Source: Candidatus Poribacteria bacterium (GTDB lineage: Bacteria > Poribacteria > WGA-4E > WGA-3G). From it: a DNA stretch of 64,000 nucleotides. The notes beneath the pieces were generated by a model, which had not been told where the DNA came from, ran no database searches, and saw nothing but the letters and a program-made list of their open reading frames with translations. How positions within the stretch are numbered: the stretch's first letter is position 1; each line of letters begins with the position of its first letter. The position numbers and the translations under genes are program-made. Where the stretch lies: positions 64,001 to 128,000 of the forward strand of contig CAXXUA010000005.1 in NCBI GenBank assembly GCA_963663765.2, written 5' to 3'. Shown here one piece after another: positions 20,450 to 30,196 of the stretch.

Positions 20450-22024
20450 ATGCAAAGTTTAGCAGATCTCCGTAGAGAAACAGCAGAAAAAGAAATTGGA
20501 AGCACACTTGTCAATAGAAAAGTGTGTGTCGCCAGTATTTTCATTCTTAGTGTTGTTCTCGTATCAGTACCCATCTGTCAATTTACATCGAAAATTATTC
20601 GTGGTGAATCTTTCCAGATTTTTCGTGTTGTTGAACTATTATCTGAACCCAAACGCGAAGTCATTGAAAAGTTTGAAGATAGATTAGAAGAAGAATCAGT
20701 ACTTACAAACTGGCTAATGCCCCATGTGCAGACAATTCTGACTGGGCTGCTCCATATAGGCAATGAACAAGCCTATCTTGGACAAGATGGTTGGTTGTTC
20801 TACCGCGCTGACATTGACTCGCTTTATATGTATAACAACACTCTCTCACAAGTACAACTCGAAACATCTTATCCCCAAGCAGCGCTGAAAGCAATCACTG
20901 ATTTCAAGAAACAATTAAAAGATCGTAACATTACGCTTATTGTTATGCCAATCCCTGTGAAACCATCGATTCATCCAGAAAAGTTTTCTGTACGCCATCA
21001 GAACCCCATGGCTCCGATACACAATCATGCATACACAGAATTCATAGAGGAACTTGTGTCAAATGGTGTTCTGGTGTATGATCCATCATCTATCATATTT
21101 GAAGCTTCTCAACAAAAGGCACAGTATCTCAAAACAGACACACATTGGAAACCAGAAGCAATGGAACGTATCGCGAAACATCTTGCAGAATTCATAACCG
21201 ACCGAGTCAAATTTGTCAATACCCCTACACCAATCTATACTGAAACCGCAACCGATGTTGTAAACGTAGGGGATATTACAAATATGCTCAACTTGTCTGC
21301 ACATCAAACACTGTTTCCACCAGAAAATGTTACAACACACATAGTCCACACCCAAGATAGTCAACGGTGGAAGCCTAATCAAAATTCAGAAATTCTGTTT
21401 CTTGGAGATAGTTTCAGCAATATATATTCACTTGATGGGATGGGATGGGGAGAATCTGCTGGACTTGTTGAACACCTTAGTGCAAAATTGGAACGACCAA
21501 TTGATAAGATTACCATCAACGCTGGAGGTGCCCTTGCAACACGACAGGCACTTGCTCAACAACCTGACCGTCTCATCGGTAAACGTGTTCTGCTTTATCA
21601 ATTCGCGTCACGTGAACTGTATTCCAGCAATTGGACACCAATACAAATCCAACATAGTCAATCTAAACCAGAAAATGAGATGATACCGACAACTCAATTA
21701 AACAAGGTGGTTACAATTTCCGCTTCTATCAAAGACAAGACAGATCCGCCTACTCCCGACAGTGTTCCATATTCCGATTGCATCATTGCACCACACCTCG
21801 AAAATATCAATGTCCCTGATTTACCAGAAGAACTTGTTGTGTTTATATGGGGTATGCGGAAAAACAGATGGACAGCAGCCGCCACATACAAAATCGGACA
21901 GAATGTGACGTTACGTATACATAATTGGGATTCTGTTCAAGCAGACTACGGCAGCTACAATCGTAAAGAACTGGACAATGAGGGAACATGGCTATTAGAT
22001 GTTTATTGGGGTGAAAAACCATGA
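20450..22024 (+). CDS. AlgJ/AlgX-like SGNH O-acetyltransferase with an extra C-terminal domain
   Basis: Motifs GQDGWLFY, P.KPSIHPE, KTDTHW, LGDSF. Confidence 0.85.
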   Translation: MQSLADLRRETAEKEIGSTLVNRKVCVASIFILSVVLVSVPICQFTSKIIRGESFQIFRVVELLSEPKREVIEKFEDRLEEESVLTNWLMPHVQTILTGLLHIGNEQAYLGQDGWLFYRADIDSLYMYNNTLSQVQLETSYPQAALKAITDFKKQLKDRNITLIVMPIPVKPSIHPEKFSVRHQNPMAPIHNHAYTEFIEELVSNGVLVYDPSSIIFEASQQKAQYLKTDTHWKPEAMERIAKHLAEFITDRVKFVNTPTPIYTETATDVVNVGDITNMLNLSAHQTLFPPENVTTHIVHTQDSQRWKPNQNSEILFLGDSFSNIYSLDGMGWGESAGLVEHLSAKLERPIDKITINAGGALATRQALAQQPDRLIGKRVLLYQFASRELYSSNWTPIQIQHSQSKPENEMIPTTQLNKVVTISASIKDKTDPPTPDSVPYSDCIIAPHLENINVPDLPEELVVFIWGMRKNRWTAAATYKIGQNVTLRIHNWDSVQADYGSYNRKELDNEGTWLLDVYWGEKP

Positions 22025-23076
22025 AAATGATAAAATTGCTTCTGTTAATGTTATGGATTTCACTACTCGTTAGTGGGATTGGAAACCGAAATTTTGCTTA
22101 TGCTGCACCAGACCTTTTCTCACAGTCATTGACTGAAATAGTCGATGAAGCTGCCAGAAAAGAAACAACTGTGGTCGAAGGAAAAGATGGATGGTTATTT
22201 TTTGCACCTGAACTCCGTCATCTGAGTGTTCAAGAATTTTGGGGTGGTGCATCAAAGAAAGTCAGTCGTGCATCAAATCCCGAATTTACTGACCCGTTAC
22301 CCGCGATTCTCGACTTTAAAGAACAATTAGACAGCGCGGGGATACTTCTAATATTCGTTCCAATTCCAGCAAAAGCGACCATTTATCCAGAGATGATCTT
22401 AGAACACGAAACAAAATCACGGACCGATATACATCAACAGAAATTCTACGACATCTTACGAAAACATGGCGTGAATGTATTAGATTTAACAGATCTTTTT
22501 CTTAATAATCGATTCACAGATGCTGTACCGTTATATTGCAAACAGGATACGCATTGGTCAGGGTATGCATGTGTTCTGACGGCAAAGGCTATTGCAAAAA
22601 CTATAGGGACGCCACCGTGGATGGATAAGATACCCAAACGAAAAACGAAAATTGAAACACGTTCAGTTGAAATTACTGGAGACCTATGGAAAGAACTTGG
22701 CAATAACGATTTAAAGAAGGAAAAAATTCAACTCAATTTTGTCACAGAAATAAAAGGTTCAAAAGTAAATACTCAACCATTTGAAGCAACGTTGCGATCA
22801 AGTCCTGTTGTTTTGTTAGGAGATAGTCATAATCTTGTTTTTCATGCAGGTGGGGACATGCACGCTCAAGGTGCGGGTCTACCAGAGCATCTGTCGCATC
22901 AGCTTAGGTTTCCTGTTGATGTCGTAGCAGTACGGGGCTCTGGTGCGACCCCATCAAGATTAAGCCTTTTTCGTAGACGAGATAATATGGCAGGCAAACA
23001 AGTTGTCGTATGGTGTCTCAGTGTTCGAGAATTCACAGAAGGACAAGGTTGGCGTAAAGTTCCAGTGATAAAATAA
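22021..23076 (+). CDS. Second AlgJ/AlgX-like SGNH O-acetyltransferase
   Basis: Motifs GKDGWLF, PAKATIYPE, QDTHWS, LGDSH; signal peptide; ATGA overlap with the previous gene. Confidence 0.85.
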   Translation: MKMIKLLLLMLWISLLVSGIGNRNFAYAAPDLFSQSLTEIVDEAARKETTVVEGKDGWLFFAPELRHLSVQEFWGGASKKVSRASNPEFTDPLPAILDFKEQLDSAGILLIFVPIPAKATIYPEMILEHETKSRTDIHQQKFYDILRKHGVNVLDLTDLFLNNRFTDAVPLYCKQDTHWSGYACVLTAKAIAKTIGTPPWMDKIPKRKTKIETRSVEITGDLWKELGNNDLKKEKIQLNFVTEIKGSKVNTQPFEATLRSSPVVLLGDSHNLVFHAGGDMHAQGAGLPEHLSHQLRFPVDVVAVRGSGATPSRLSLFRRRDNMAGKQVVVWCLSVREFTEGQGWRKVPVIK

Positions 23077-23095
23077 AATAGTTTTCTGTTTTAAT

Positions 23096-23217
23096 CAGGA
23101 CTAACGCACCCAACGGTAGGCGAGCTTTGTAAGCGCACTGGAAACCGGAAAAATGCTGAAAATTACACCATTTCTGTCATAATTCTTCATCAAATCATAA
23201 AAACTACGTAAGTCCTG
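23096..23217 (-). mobile_element. MITE family A copy
   Basis: Reverse-orientation copy; TTAAT on both flanks. Confidence 0.85.
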
Positions 23218-23470
23218 TTAATATATGGTGCTTTGCTATTCCAAACTATATTGAGCAAAGTGAGATCCATAAGCGTCAATTTAGTGAGTCTTTTTCCTAT
23301 CAGAATCACAGATTATACCAAACAAACATGAGTTGTATTGTTTTAGTGCCGATAACATGGACGGGCACAGAGACCCATCCCTACAATTTAGGTTAATTTG
23401 GTATTACTCTGATTACGCGAAATTTTGCCAAATCAACTGTATATAACAAGTATACAATAATTATTGAATC

Positions 23471-24214
23471 TTACTCTATCTCATATACGATAGAGACATT
23501 AACAACTACAGTCAACTCGCCTGGAACAATTGGAGTGGGTGTCCGACCACCACCATCATCCGCAATTGATTCTGCTTGATCATAATCAATTGGCGGACTT
23601 TGGTAATACGTGCTTTCTGTGATCGTAATCGGTTTTCCAAGTGTTACACCGCTTGACTCAGCAAGGGTCTTTGCCTTCGCTTCAGCATTTTTTACCGCTA
23701 AACTCCGCGCTTGAGCTTGTAAAGGTGTTGTATCTTCAATCATAAATTGGATAGAGTTTAGAACGACGCTATCTCCTCCTGCTTCGGCAGCGTCATCAAT
23801 CACATCACTTAACGTATCCAATTCACGTACTTTTGCACGGACAGTGTTGTTAACTCTGTAACCACGTAGTATGCGTCCCCCTTCTGTCCAATCATACTGC
23901 GGATAGATACTGAAATTTTCAGTACTAATGTCATCTTCAGCAATGTCGTTTGCTTTTAATGAATCAATTACACCTGTCATCGCACTTGCTGCATCCTCCC
24001 GTGCTTCACTAACTGACTTTCTTTCAACAGAGACACCTATATTTAGCGATGCAATATCTGGGTCCCCAACGACTGAACCGCTTCCATTAACATGGATGGT
24101 TCTCCCGCTTAATGGTGGGGTTAATATGTGTGAGGTAACATTTGAATCGCAAGCTGTTATCATTGCCACGTAAAATAAAGTGAGTCCTAATAGACAATAC
24201 CTAAATCGTTTCAT
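23471..24214 (-). CDS. SIMPL (DUF541) domain lipoprotein
   Basis: Lipobox ITAC; I.V.GSG.V...PDIA, I.TENFSIYPQY, AKTLAESSGVTLG, PGELTV. Confidence 0.9.
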   Translation of the reverse strand: MKRFRYCLLGLTLFYVAMITACDSNVTSHILTPPLSGRTIHVNGSGSVVGDPDIASLNIGVSVERKSVSEAREDAASAMTGVIDSLKANDIAEDDISTENFSIYPQYDWTEGGRILRGYRVNNTVRAKVRELDTLSDVIDDAAEAGGDSVVLNSIQFMIEDTTPLQAQARSLAVKNAEAKAKTLAESSGVTLGKPITITESTYYQSPPIDYDQAESIADDGGGRTPTPIVPGELTVVVNVSIVYEIE

Positions 24215-24263
24215 TTTTTCTCCTTATCGTTTCGGTGTTATTCCAGAACTCACGTTGAAATAT

Positions 24264-25262
24264 CTATTCTGATGGTGTAACTTCCATTTCTTCTGATGGA
24301 GTGGAATCCTCTAATTCTGGTGGTGCCACATTTTCCATCAAGACATCAGATTTCTTAATTAAACTATCAACATTTGTTTTAAATAACATGAATACTTGTT
24401 TTTTATCTATGCTTTTGACATAATGTTTGCCCTCTTCCTCTTTGCCAACATGCAAAGTTGGGGTTGTACCATCGTTGAGAACTGCAGAGATTGTTGAAAT
24501 TGGAGCAGTTAATCCATATTCAGAAAGTTCTTTTGGTTCTGCAAAATCATCTGTCGTCAATTCACTGAAAGTCGTGAGCAGATTGTCAACTTCGGTCTGG
24601 TTCACTTCTGCAGAAATAGGTTGATGCATCTGCCACTTATTTTCAGCATCTAACCGCAACTCTACCTTTTCGTCTGCAGAAGTGATGTGTATCTGTGTTA
24701 CGAGACCTTTTTTAAAGTTGAAAATGTGCCGATCCTTCCAAGTTCTTGTGCTCTTATCAAAAGTCCCTTGAAGATATCCTTGAGCGATATACACATCGTT
24801 GGAATCTGCAACGCGCACAAAACTACTTAGATAACCAGGTGTGTTCTTCCCAACAAACACATGTGCCAACACTTTGTCATTGGCTCCCAGTAGTTTTGTT
24901 TCAACACCAGTGCTATCCACTTGGAAATCAACTTGATTTTTTGGATTATTAGACACGTGGTCAGCATTATCAAATTCTTCAACTTTTTCTAACAGTGCTT
25001 TCACGCTTTCCATGTCGGCAAGATAGTCATCCATTGTCGTGACAACCCATTGTTCATCCTGTTTTGTAAGAACTGTCGTTGCACCTTTAGCAATTATTTC
25101 AATTTTTGAAACTTCATCCTTGTTGAAATCTGGAAAAAGCTTCGTTGCAGTTTCAATCTTCTTTTGATAATCGCTTTTCTTAAAAGGATTTTCAAAAATT
25201 AGGACAACGAGTAACAGAAAAACAAAGATACCGCTTAAAATCAAGAGTTGTTTCTTTTTCAT
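24264..25262 (-). CDS. DUF4340 domain protein
   Basis: N-terminal TM anchor; duplicated domain with WKDR.IF and YGL..P motifs; last gene of the Gld-like ABC operon. Confidence 0.8.
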   Translation of the reverse strand: MKKKQLLILSGIFVFLLLVVLIFENPFKKSDYQKKIETATKLFPDFNKDEVSKIEIIAKGATTVLTKQDEQWVVTTMDDYLADMESVKALLEKVEEFDNADHVSNNPKNQVDFQVDSTGVETKLLGANDKVLAHVFVGKNTPGYLSSFVRVADSNDVYIAQGYLQGTFDKSTRTWKDRHIFNFKKGLVTQIHITSADEKVELRLDAENKWQMHQPISAEVNQTEVDNLLTTFSELTTDDFAEPKELSEYGLTAPISTISAVLNDGTTPTLHVGKEEEGKHYVKSIDKKQVFMLFKTNVDSLIKKSDVLMENVAPPELEDSTPSEEMEVTPSE

Positions 25263-25303
25263 TCTTCTATACGGTTGCTGCGTTCAAGAAATGTCATGCA
25301 AGT

Positions 25304-26944
25304 TTAGAACTGTGAACTGTAGGTTCCAACCAACCGTTTCACCCTCCTTTTTAAGAGATACCGAATCAAGCCAACAATAATAACTAACAACGGAATCCCA
25401 ATAGTACAGAAGTATTTAATGAAATTTTTCTCAAAACCTGAAGCTTCCTTTATAGGTCTATCGGTTATGGTATGTGAGCGGATACCGATAAGTGTTTCTC
25501 CAAGCGTTAACCAATCTATACTGTTTAACAAAAAGTTCACACTGTTTATGCTTACCTGCGTTAAGAATGCTGCTGTTCCTACAACTATAATCTGTGTTTC
25601 TGTGCTCTCAGTAATAGTTGTGCGTTCCGTTGCCTCATCTGTTGTTGTAGTATCATTTGCATCCTCCCCATTGGTTTCCGTATCAGATTCTACCGAAGGT
25701 ATTTCTTTATTTGCATAGAAACTTTTGAATTTACCTTCTAAAGCTGCTGCAACCGTATATGCCTGTAAATCAATCTGTGGAATTTGCGTACCCGGCATTA
25801 AGTTGTAATATCCTTCAAAACTCCTTGCAAACTCACTCGTTTTTGCTAATTCCGTTGACTTAATATCTTCCTTCTCCAAAACTTCTAACGAACTCGTCCA
25901 AGGTAAAGTTAGTGCTTCCAATTGGTTCGTGACGGCGTTCTCTTTTGAGAAATTGTCTCCGATTACTTTGACAAAGTAGGGATAACTTTGACTCACTCTA
26001 AAAGGACCTTGCATATATGCTACGGAGTCATTATATCTAAGATCCGCCACCAAATTGTTACCAAGTTTAACACCGTAATGTTCAAGCATATCATTCAAAC
26101 CAGTGGCAAGTGGAGTCGCTTGAAGCGTTCTATCTTGCATAGTAATTGGGTCAACTAAGAATATCGTTCTACCTCCGCGCATGATGAACTGGTCTATCTC
26201 ATATTTCTCACGTTCTGAAAGTGGACGTTTTGGTCCAGCAACAACTAACGTTGTCACCAATGGATCAACTGGGTCTCCTGCTTGTACGTCAACAGTTGTA
26301 AGGTTATATTGTCCTTGTAAACTCTTATCTAATAATTGGCGAAGTTGTTGGTTTAATTGCGTTTGTGCGTTAATATCATATTCATCATGTCCAGTCAAAA
26401 ATCCAACCGTTTTTGTTTCTTTAGAGGTTACCTTTAAGATTGCAGATGTGAGATCGTATTCCAAATTTGCTGTTGATTGTACAACCGGCAATACCTCTTC
26501 TTTACCACTATACCCCACTGTCATAGCCATGAAGACTTTCGCAGTTGCTGCTTTGTCCTCCTCATAAACATTGAACTGTACTTCAGGGATACCCTTAAAA
26601 CGGAGTTCCTGTTTCTTTGCCTCATCAAATTCAGCTGGATCAATATATTCAATGCTAAGTGCTTGTGAAAATGCAGTATATTCGTCTAAGACATCTCTTA
26701 CATTACGAAGAATCTTTGCAACTTCTGCGGGCTCCTTGGAAAAGTAAACGGTGATCGTAACTATATCATCAAGGTTCTTGATAAGATTCTTGGTTGCCTT
26801 TGAGACAGTATAACGTTTATCTTCTGTGAAATCACCACGCAAAAAACGACGCGAGGATAGGTAATTAAACAACACCAGAATACCGAAAATCAATGCTATA
26901 AAAGCAAGTGTATTACTACCGTATCTGATTCTTTTGTCAACCAA
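25304..26944 (-). CDS. GldG-like ABC transporter auxiliary component
   Basis: Motifs DFTEDKRYTVS..T, LEYDLTSAI, VGFLTGHDE, IDQFIMRGG, NFLLNSIDWL. Confidence 0.85.
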   Translation of the reverse strand: MVDKRIRYGSNTLAFIALIFGILVLFNYLSSRRFLRGDFTEDKRYTVSKATKNLIKNLDDIVTITVYFSKEPAEVAKILRNVRDVLDEYTAFSQALSIEYIDPAEFDEAKKQELRFKGIPEVQFNVYEEDKAATAKVFMAMTVGYSGKEEVLPVVQSTANLEYDLTSAILKVTSKETKTVGFLTGHDEYDINAQTQLNQQLRQLLDKSLQGQYNLTTVDVQAGDPVDPLVTTLVVAGPKRPLSEREKYEIDQFIMRGGRTIFLVDPITMQDRTLQATPLATGLNDMLEHYGVKLGNNLVADLRYNDSVAYMQGPFRVSQSYPYFVKVIGDNFSKENAVTNQLEALTLPWTSSLEVLEKEDIKSTELAKTSEFARSFEGYYNLMPGTQIPQIDLQAYTVAAALEGKFKSFYANKEIPSVESDTETNGEDANDTTTTDEATERTTITESTETQIIVVGTAAFLTQVSINSVNFLLNSIDWLTLGETLIGIRSHTITDRPIKEASGFEKNFIKYFCTIGIPLLVIIVGLIRYLLKRRVKRLVGTYSSQF

Positions 26945-26962
26945 AACAGTTTGCCTCCATAC

Positions 26963-27679
26963 TTAACGCCACTTGCGACTCTCAACCGACAGTGTACTTA
27001 AATAGAGAAAAAATCCGATGATAGTGAGATAATAGATAATATCGCGAGAATCAATCACACCGCGTAAAATACTACTATAATGAGCACCAAGACCTAAATA
27101 ACTAAAGATGGGATATAACCAATCGGGGGAACTGAAAAGTACGATGTCTTCTCCAATAATCAACAATACAAAGCAAGTTGTAATTCCCAAAATGAACGCG
27201 ACAATCTGGTTTTCAGTCAATGTTGAAGCAAACAACCCTATTGCCAGATAAGCACCACCCATTAAAAGCAGTCCGACATAACCACATACAATTGTGCCAC
27301 CATCCGGATCACCAAGATACATTACCGATATAGGTATACCAAGGGAAAATAACGCTGTTACTGCAAGCAGCCCGAAACTGGCAAGAAATTTACCAAGAAT
27401 CACCTCATAATCACGAATCGGTAAGGTCATCAAGATTTCAGCAGTGCCAATTTTCTTCTCTTCAGCCCAAAGTTTCATCGTAACCGCGGGGATGAAAAAA
27501 AGAAAAATCCACGGCATTATCCCAAAGAACCCCCGCATTTCTGCTTGACCACTGATGAAAAATGTTCGGAAGAAAAGCCATGATGTAATCCCAAGGAAAA
27601 ACGTAATAAAGATATAAGCAATAGCTGAGTTGAAATAACTTCTGAATTCTTTTTTAAATATAGCGTTAATGTTTTGCAT
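26963..27679 (-). CDS. GldF-like ABC-2 permease
   Basis: Motifs KKEFRSYF.S, PAVTMKLWAEEKK.GT.E.L.T.P, GKFLA, TENQIVA. Confidence 0.9.
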   Translation of the reverse strand: MQNINAIFKKEFRSYFNSAIAYIFITFFLGITSWLFFRTFFISGQAEMRGFFGIMPWIFLFFIPAVTMKLWAEEKKIGTAEILMTLPIRDYEVILGKFLASFGLLAVTALFSLGIPISVMYLGDPDGGTIVCGYVGLLLMGGAYLAIGLFASTLTENQIVAFILGITTCFVLLIIGEDIVLFSSPDWLYPIFSYLGLGAHYSSILRGVIDSRDIIYYLTIIGFFLYLSTLSVESRKWR

Positions 27680-27727
27680 GCGTCTCTATTTTCGTAGTAA
27701 TATTTGTGATTTTTTTAGGTCCGGTAA

Positions 27728-28723
27728 TTATTCCTCTTCTGTTGAGTCTTCTGCTCTCATGATTTCCCTTGCTGGTATAATGCTACTCGTTTCTCCAGTT
27801 GTAAAATGGAGGAATACCTGCTCTAAATCAACTGATTCTTGGCGGAGTTCAACTAAAACCCATTCATTTTTGACGACAACGTTGTAGACATCCCCCGCAG
27901 CATAATAACCTTCTTGTGATGTCGTTATCTCATATTTGACAACCCCATTGTCCGAACTCACACAATGAATCCCAGTGATACCATCCAATTCTTGTAGTTT
28001 TGGTGTAATTGCTTCTTCTGATCCTTGGATAGTCACATGCAATTTGTCTTCACTGCGAATTTGACCAATAAGTTCATCATGCGTGCCATTAGCGACTATC
28101 TCACCTTGACTGATAATAAGGATTCGGTCACACGTTGCAGCAACTTCAGGTAAAATGTGTGTACTGAAAAGGACAAGTTTCTCTTTGCCAATATCCTTAA
28201 TCAAATTCCGTATTTCAATTGTTTGGCTAGGATCAAGTCCAGAGGTAGGTTCATCCAGAATCAGGATTGGTGGGTCATGTATAAGACTTTGTGCTAAACC
28301 GACACGTTGTCGGTAGCCTTTGGATAGTTCACCGATGTCTTTTTGAATAACACCTTCAAGACCACATATATCAACAACCGCTCGTAACCTTTCTTTTCGT
28401 TGACTTTTGGGAATCTCCCGGATTTCTGTCATGAACTTAAGGTAATCAACGACTCCCATATCCGCATAGAGGGGCGCGCTTTCTGGTAGATACCCTACGT
28501 TCTTCCTGACATCAATGGGATTTTCAACGACATCATATCCAGCTACGGTTGCACTCCCCGCATCAGCAGTGAGATAGCAGGTTAGAATACGCATCGTCGT
28601 AGTCTTGCCTGCACCATTGGGACCAATAAATCCGACAACTTCTCCAGCATGTGCGTCGAATGAAACCTGATTAACGGCAAGTGTTGGGCCGTAAGACTTT
28701 GTAAGTTCTCTAACTTCAATCAT
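27728..28723 (-). CDS. GldA-like ABC transporter ATP-binding protein
   Basis: Walker A GPNGAGKTT, LSKGYRQRVG, ILDEPTSGLDP, STHIL. Confidence 0.93.
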   Translation of the reverse strand: MIEVRELTKSYGPTLAVNQVSFDAHAGEVVGFIGPNGAGKTTTMRILTCYLTADAGSATVAGYDVVENPIDVRKNVGYLPESAPLYADMGVVDYLKFMTEIREIPKSQRKERLRAVVDICGLEGVIQKDIGELSKGYRQRVGLAQSLIHDPPILILDEPTSGLDPSQTIEIRNLIKDIGKEKLVLFSTHILPEVAATCDRILIISQGEIVANGTHDELIGQIRSEDKLHVTIQGSEEAITPKLQELDGITGIHCVSSDNGVVKYEITTSQEGYYAAGDVYNVVVKNEWVLVELRQESVDLEQVFLHFTTGETSSIIPAREIMRAEDSTEEE

Positions 28724-28813
28724 TACGTATATTTATCTTATAATATTGTATAGGGATGTGGTTGGTGAAAAGGAATCTAACCAATTACCTATTCAGGATT
28801 AAACTCGTTAAAA

Positions 28814-28842
28814 ATGATAACATGAAAATATGGTAATGTCAA
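28814..28842 (-). promoter_or_regulatory. sigma70 promoter for the Gld-like ABC operon
   Basis: TTGACA-17bp-TATCAT with an extended TG on the minus strand. Confidence 0.65.
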
Positions 28843-29007
28843 GAAAAAATAGATTGAATATTTTTCAGGATTTATGTCATTACACAAAAAGGATAGTTGT
28901 GATTGTACCTCATAGGTGTCAATTTAGCTTACCCCTCTTGTCAACTCCTACCGAAACGGTATAATTCATGAACATAAAATTGCCAAAAACTTTACACATC
29001 CCATCCT

Positions 29008-29186
29008 CAGGGTTATTTAGTTTTCCTAATGAGCGAATTTTTCAAAATGAAAACCCTCGGTAGGAGCGACCCGTGGAATGCTATTGGGCGAATGCGCGCA
29101 TGGCATTCGCCATGATTCATACCGTTGATTTACCGGTCGCGATTATCTCAGAAAACAGGTAAAATGGGTAAAACTGAATAACCCTG
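29008..29186 (+). mobile_element. MITE family B copy (TIR CAGGGTTATTYAGTTTT) with nested inserts
   Basis: Ends CAGGGTTATTTAGTTTT / AAAACTGAATAACCCTG; homologous to 57944-58105. Confidence 0.8.
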
Positions 29187-29389
29187 TTGCACGCGATTTA
29201 GATGTGCAACAACGTGCTGCATGGCGTATAATGATGAAGATACGTGTAGAGATGGCGAAAAACTCATCGTTATTAGAAGGTATCGTTGAAGATGATGAAA
29301 CTTACATCGGGTGGAAACGCAAGACTGATTACGACCAAAACGAAGATGAACCCCGTAAACGCTGTCGTGGCACCATTGAAAGAGGGTAA
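29187..29389 (+). pseudogene. IS1595-family transposase internal fragment
   Basis: QQRAAWRIMMKIR..EGIVEDDETYIG is near-identical to the copy at 34104-34589. Confidence 0.85.
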
Positions 29390-29404
29390 CGTGCATATCA
29401 CCAC

Positions 29405-30196
29405 CTATGCAGCATCCTTGGCACACCGAAACCCATAAGTTGCAAAGCGGAGAAAAGGTTTATCATAGTATAGGTAATCCGATTCAAAGTGTCTCCGCAG
29501 AGACATCCATCCGCCGCCACGTAGAATCTTTTGCGGTCCCGGTTTGGTGCCGGTCGGTTCTGCTTCTAACCGAAAATCCTTACCTTCATAAGCGTCCGCG
29601 CACCACTGCCACACATTCCCAACAAGATCATAAACGCCTGTAGGACTGACGTTCTTCTCGCGGGTTCCAACAGCGTAAGGTGCTAAGCGCGAACGATAAT
29701 CAATTACCTCAAAATCAAATTCATCTCCCCAAGGATAGCGTTGCTTCGTATCACCTTGGCAGGCGAGGGTCCACTCCGCTGCAGTCGGCAGTCGTGCCCC
29801 CCGCCAATTCGCATAAGCCTCCGCCTCATACCAACTCACACCCGTCACAGGTAGTGCTTCACGATTTAAATACTTTTCACTATATGTTGACGTACACCAG
29901 AACTCATATTTTTCCAGGAATTTGCGTCCTTCTTCTGACCAATACTTTTTCTTCTTGTAGCCACCATCTTCAATAAACTCATTATACTGTTGATATGTGA
30001 CGAGGTGTTTATCAAGGTGGAATGGGGCGACAGTCACTGTTTCCCCAGTGCCAAAGGGGTCTACCGTGCCGCCTTCTATCTTTATCATTTCAGGTTGTTC
30101 CTTTTGTTGTGTCTGTTCATCTTGCTGCGGTCCAGGGAGTTCACAGGAAATAAAAATACTAAGTATTACAAGTTGTATCCATAAGATATTCTTCAT
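29405..30196 (-). CDS. FGE-sulfatase (SUMF1/EgtB-type) domain lipoprotein
   Basis: Motifs PVTGVSWYEAEAYA.W.G.RLPTAAEW, YPWG, DLVGNVWQW, RGGGW, YGFRC; lipobox FISC. Confidence 0.9.
   Translation of the reverse strand: MKNILWIQLVILSIFISCELPGPQQDEQTQQKEQPEMIKIEGGTVDPFGTGETVTVAPFHLDKHLVTYQQYNEFIEDGGYKKKKYWSEEGRKFLEKYEFWCTSTYSEKYLNREALPVTGVSWYEAEAYANWRGARLPTAAEWTLACQGDTKQRYPWGDEFDFEVIDYRSRLAPYAVGTREKNVSPTGVYDLVGNVWQWCADAYEGKDFRLEAEPTGTKPGPQKILRGGGWMSLRRHFESDYLYYDKPFLRFATYGFRCAKDAA

Noticed and set aside
24264-28723. Evidence of gliding motility
   Set aside because: GldA/F/G-like plus DUF4340 operons are widespread in non-gliding bacteria, and no motor genes are present here.
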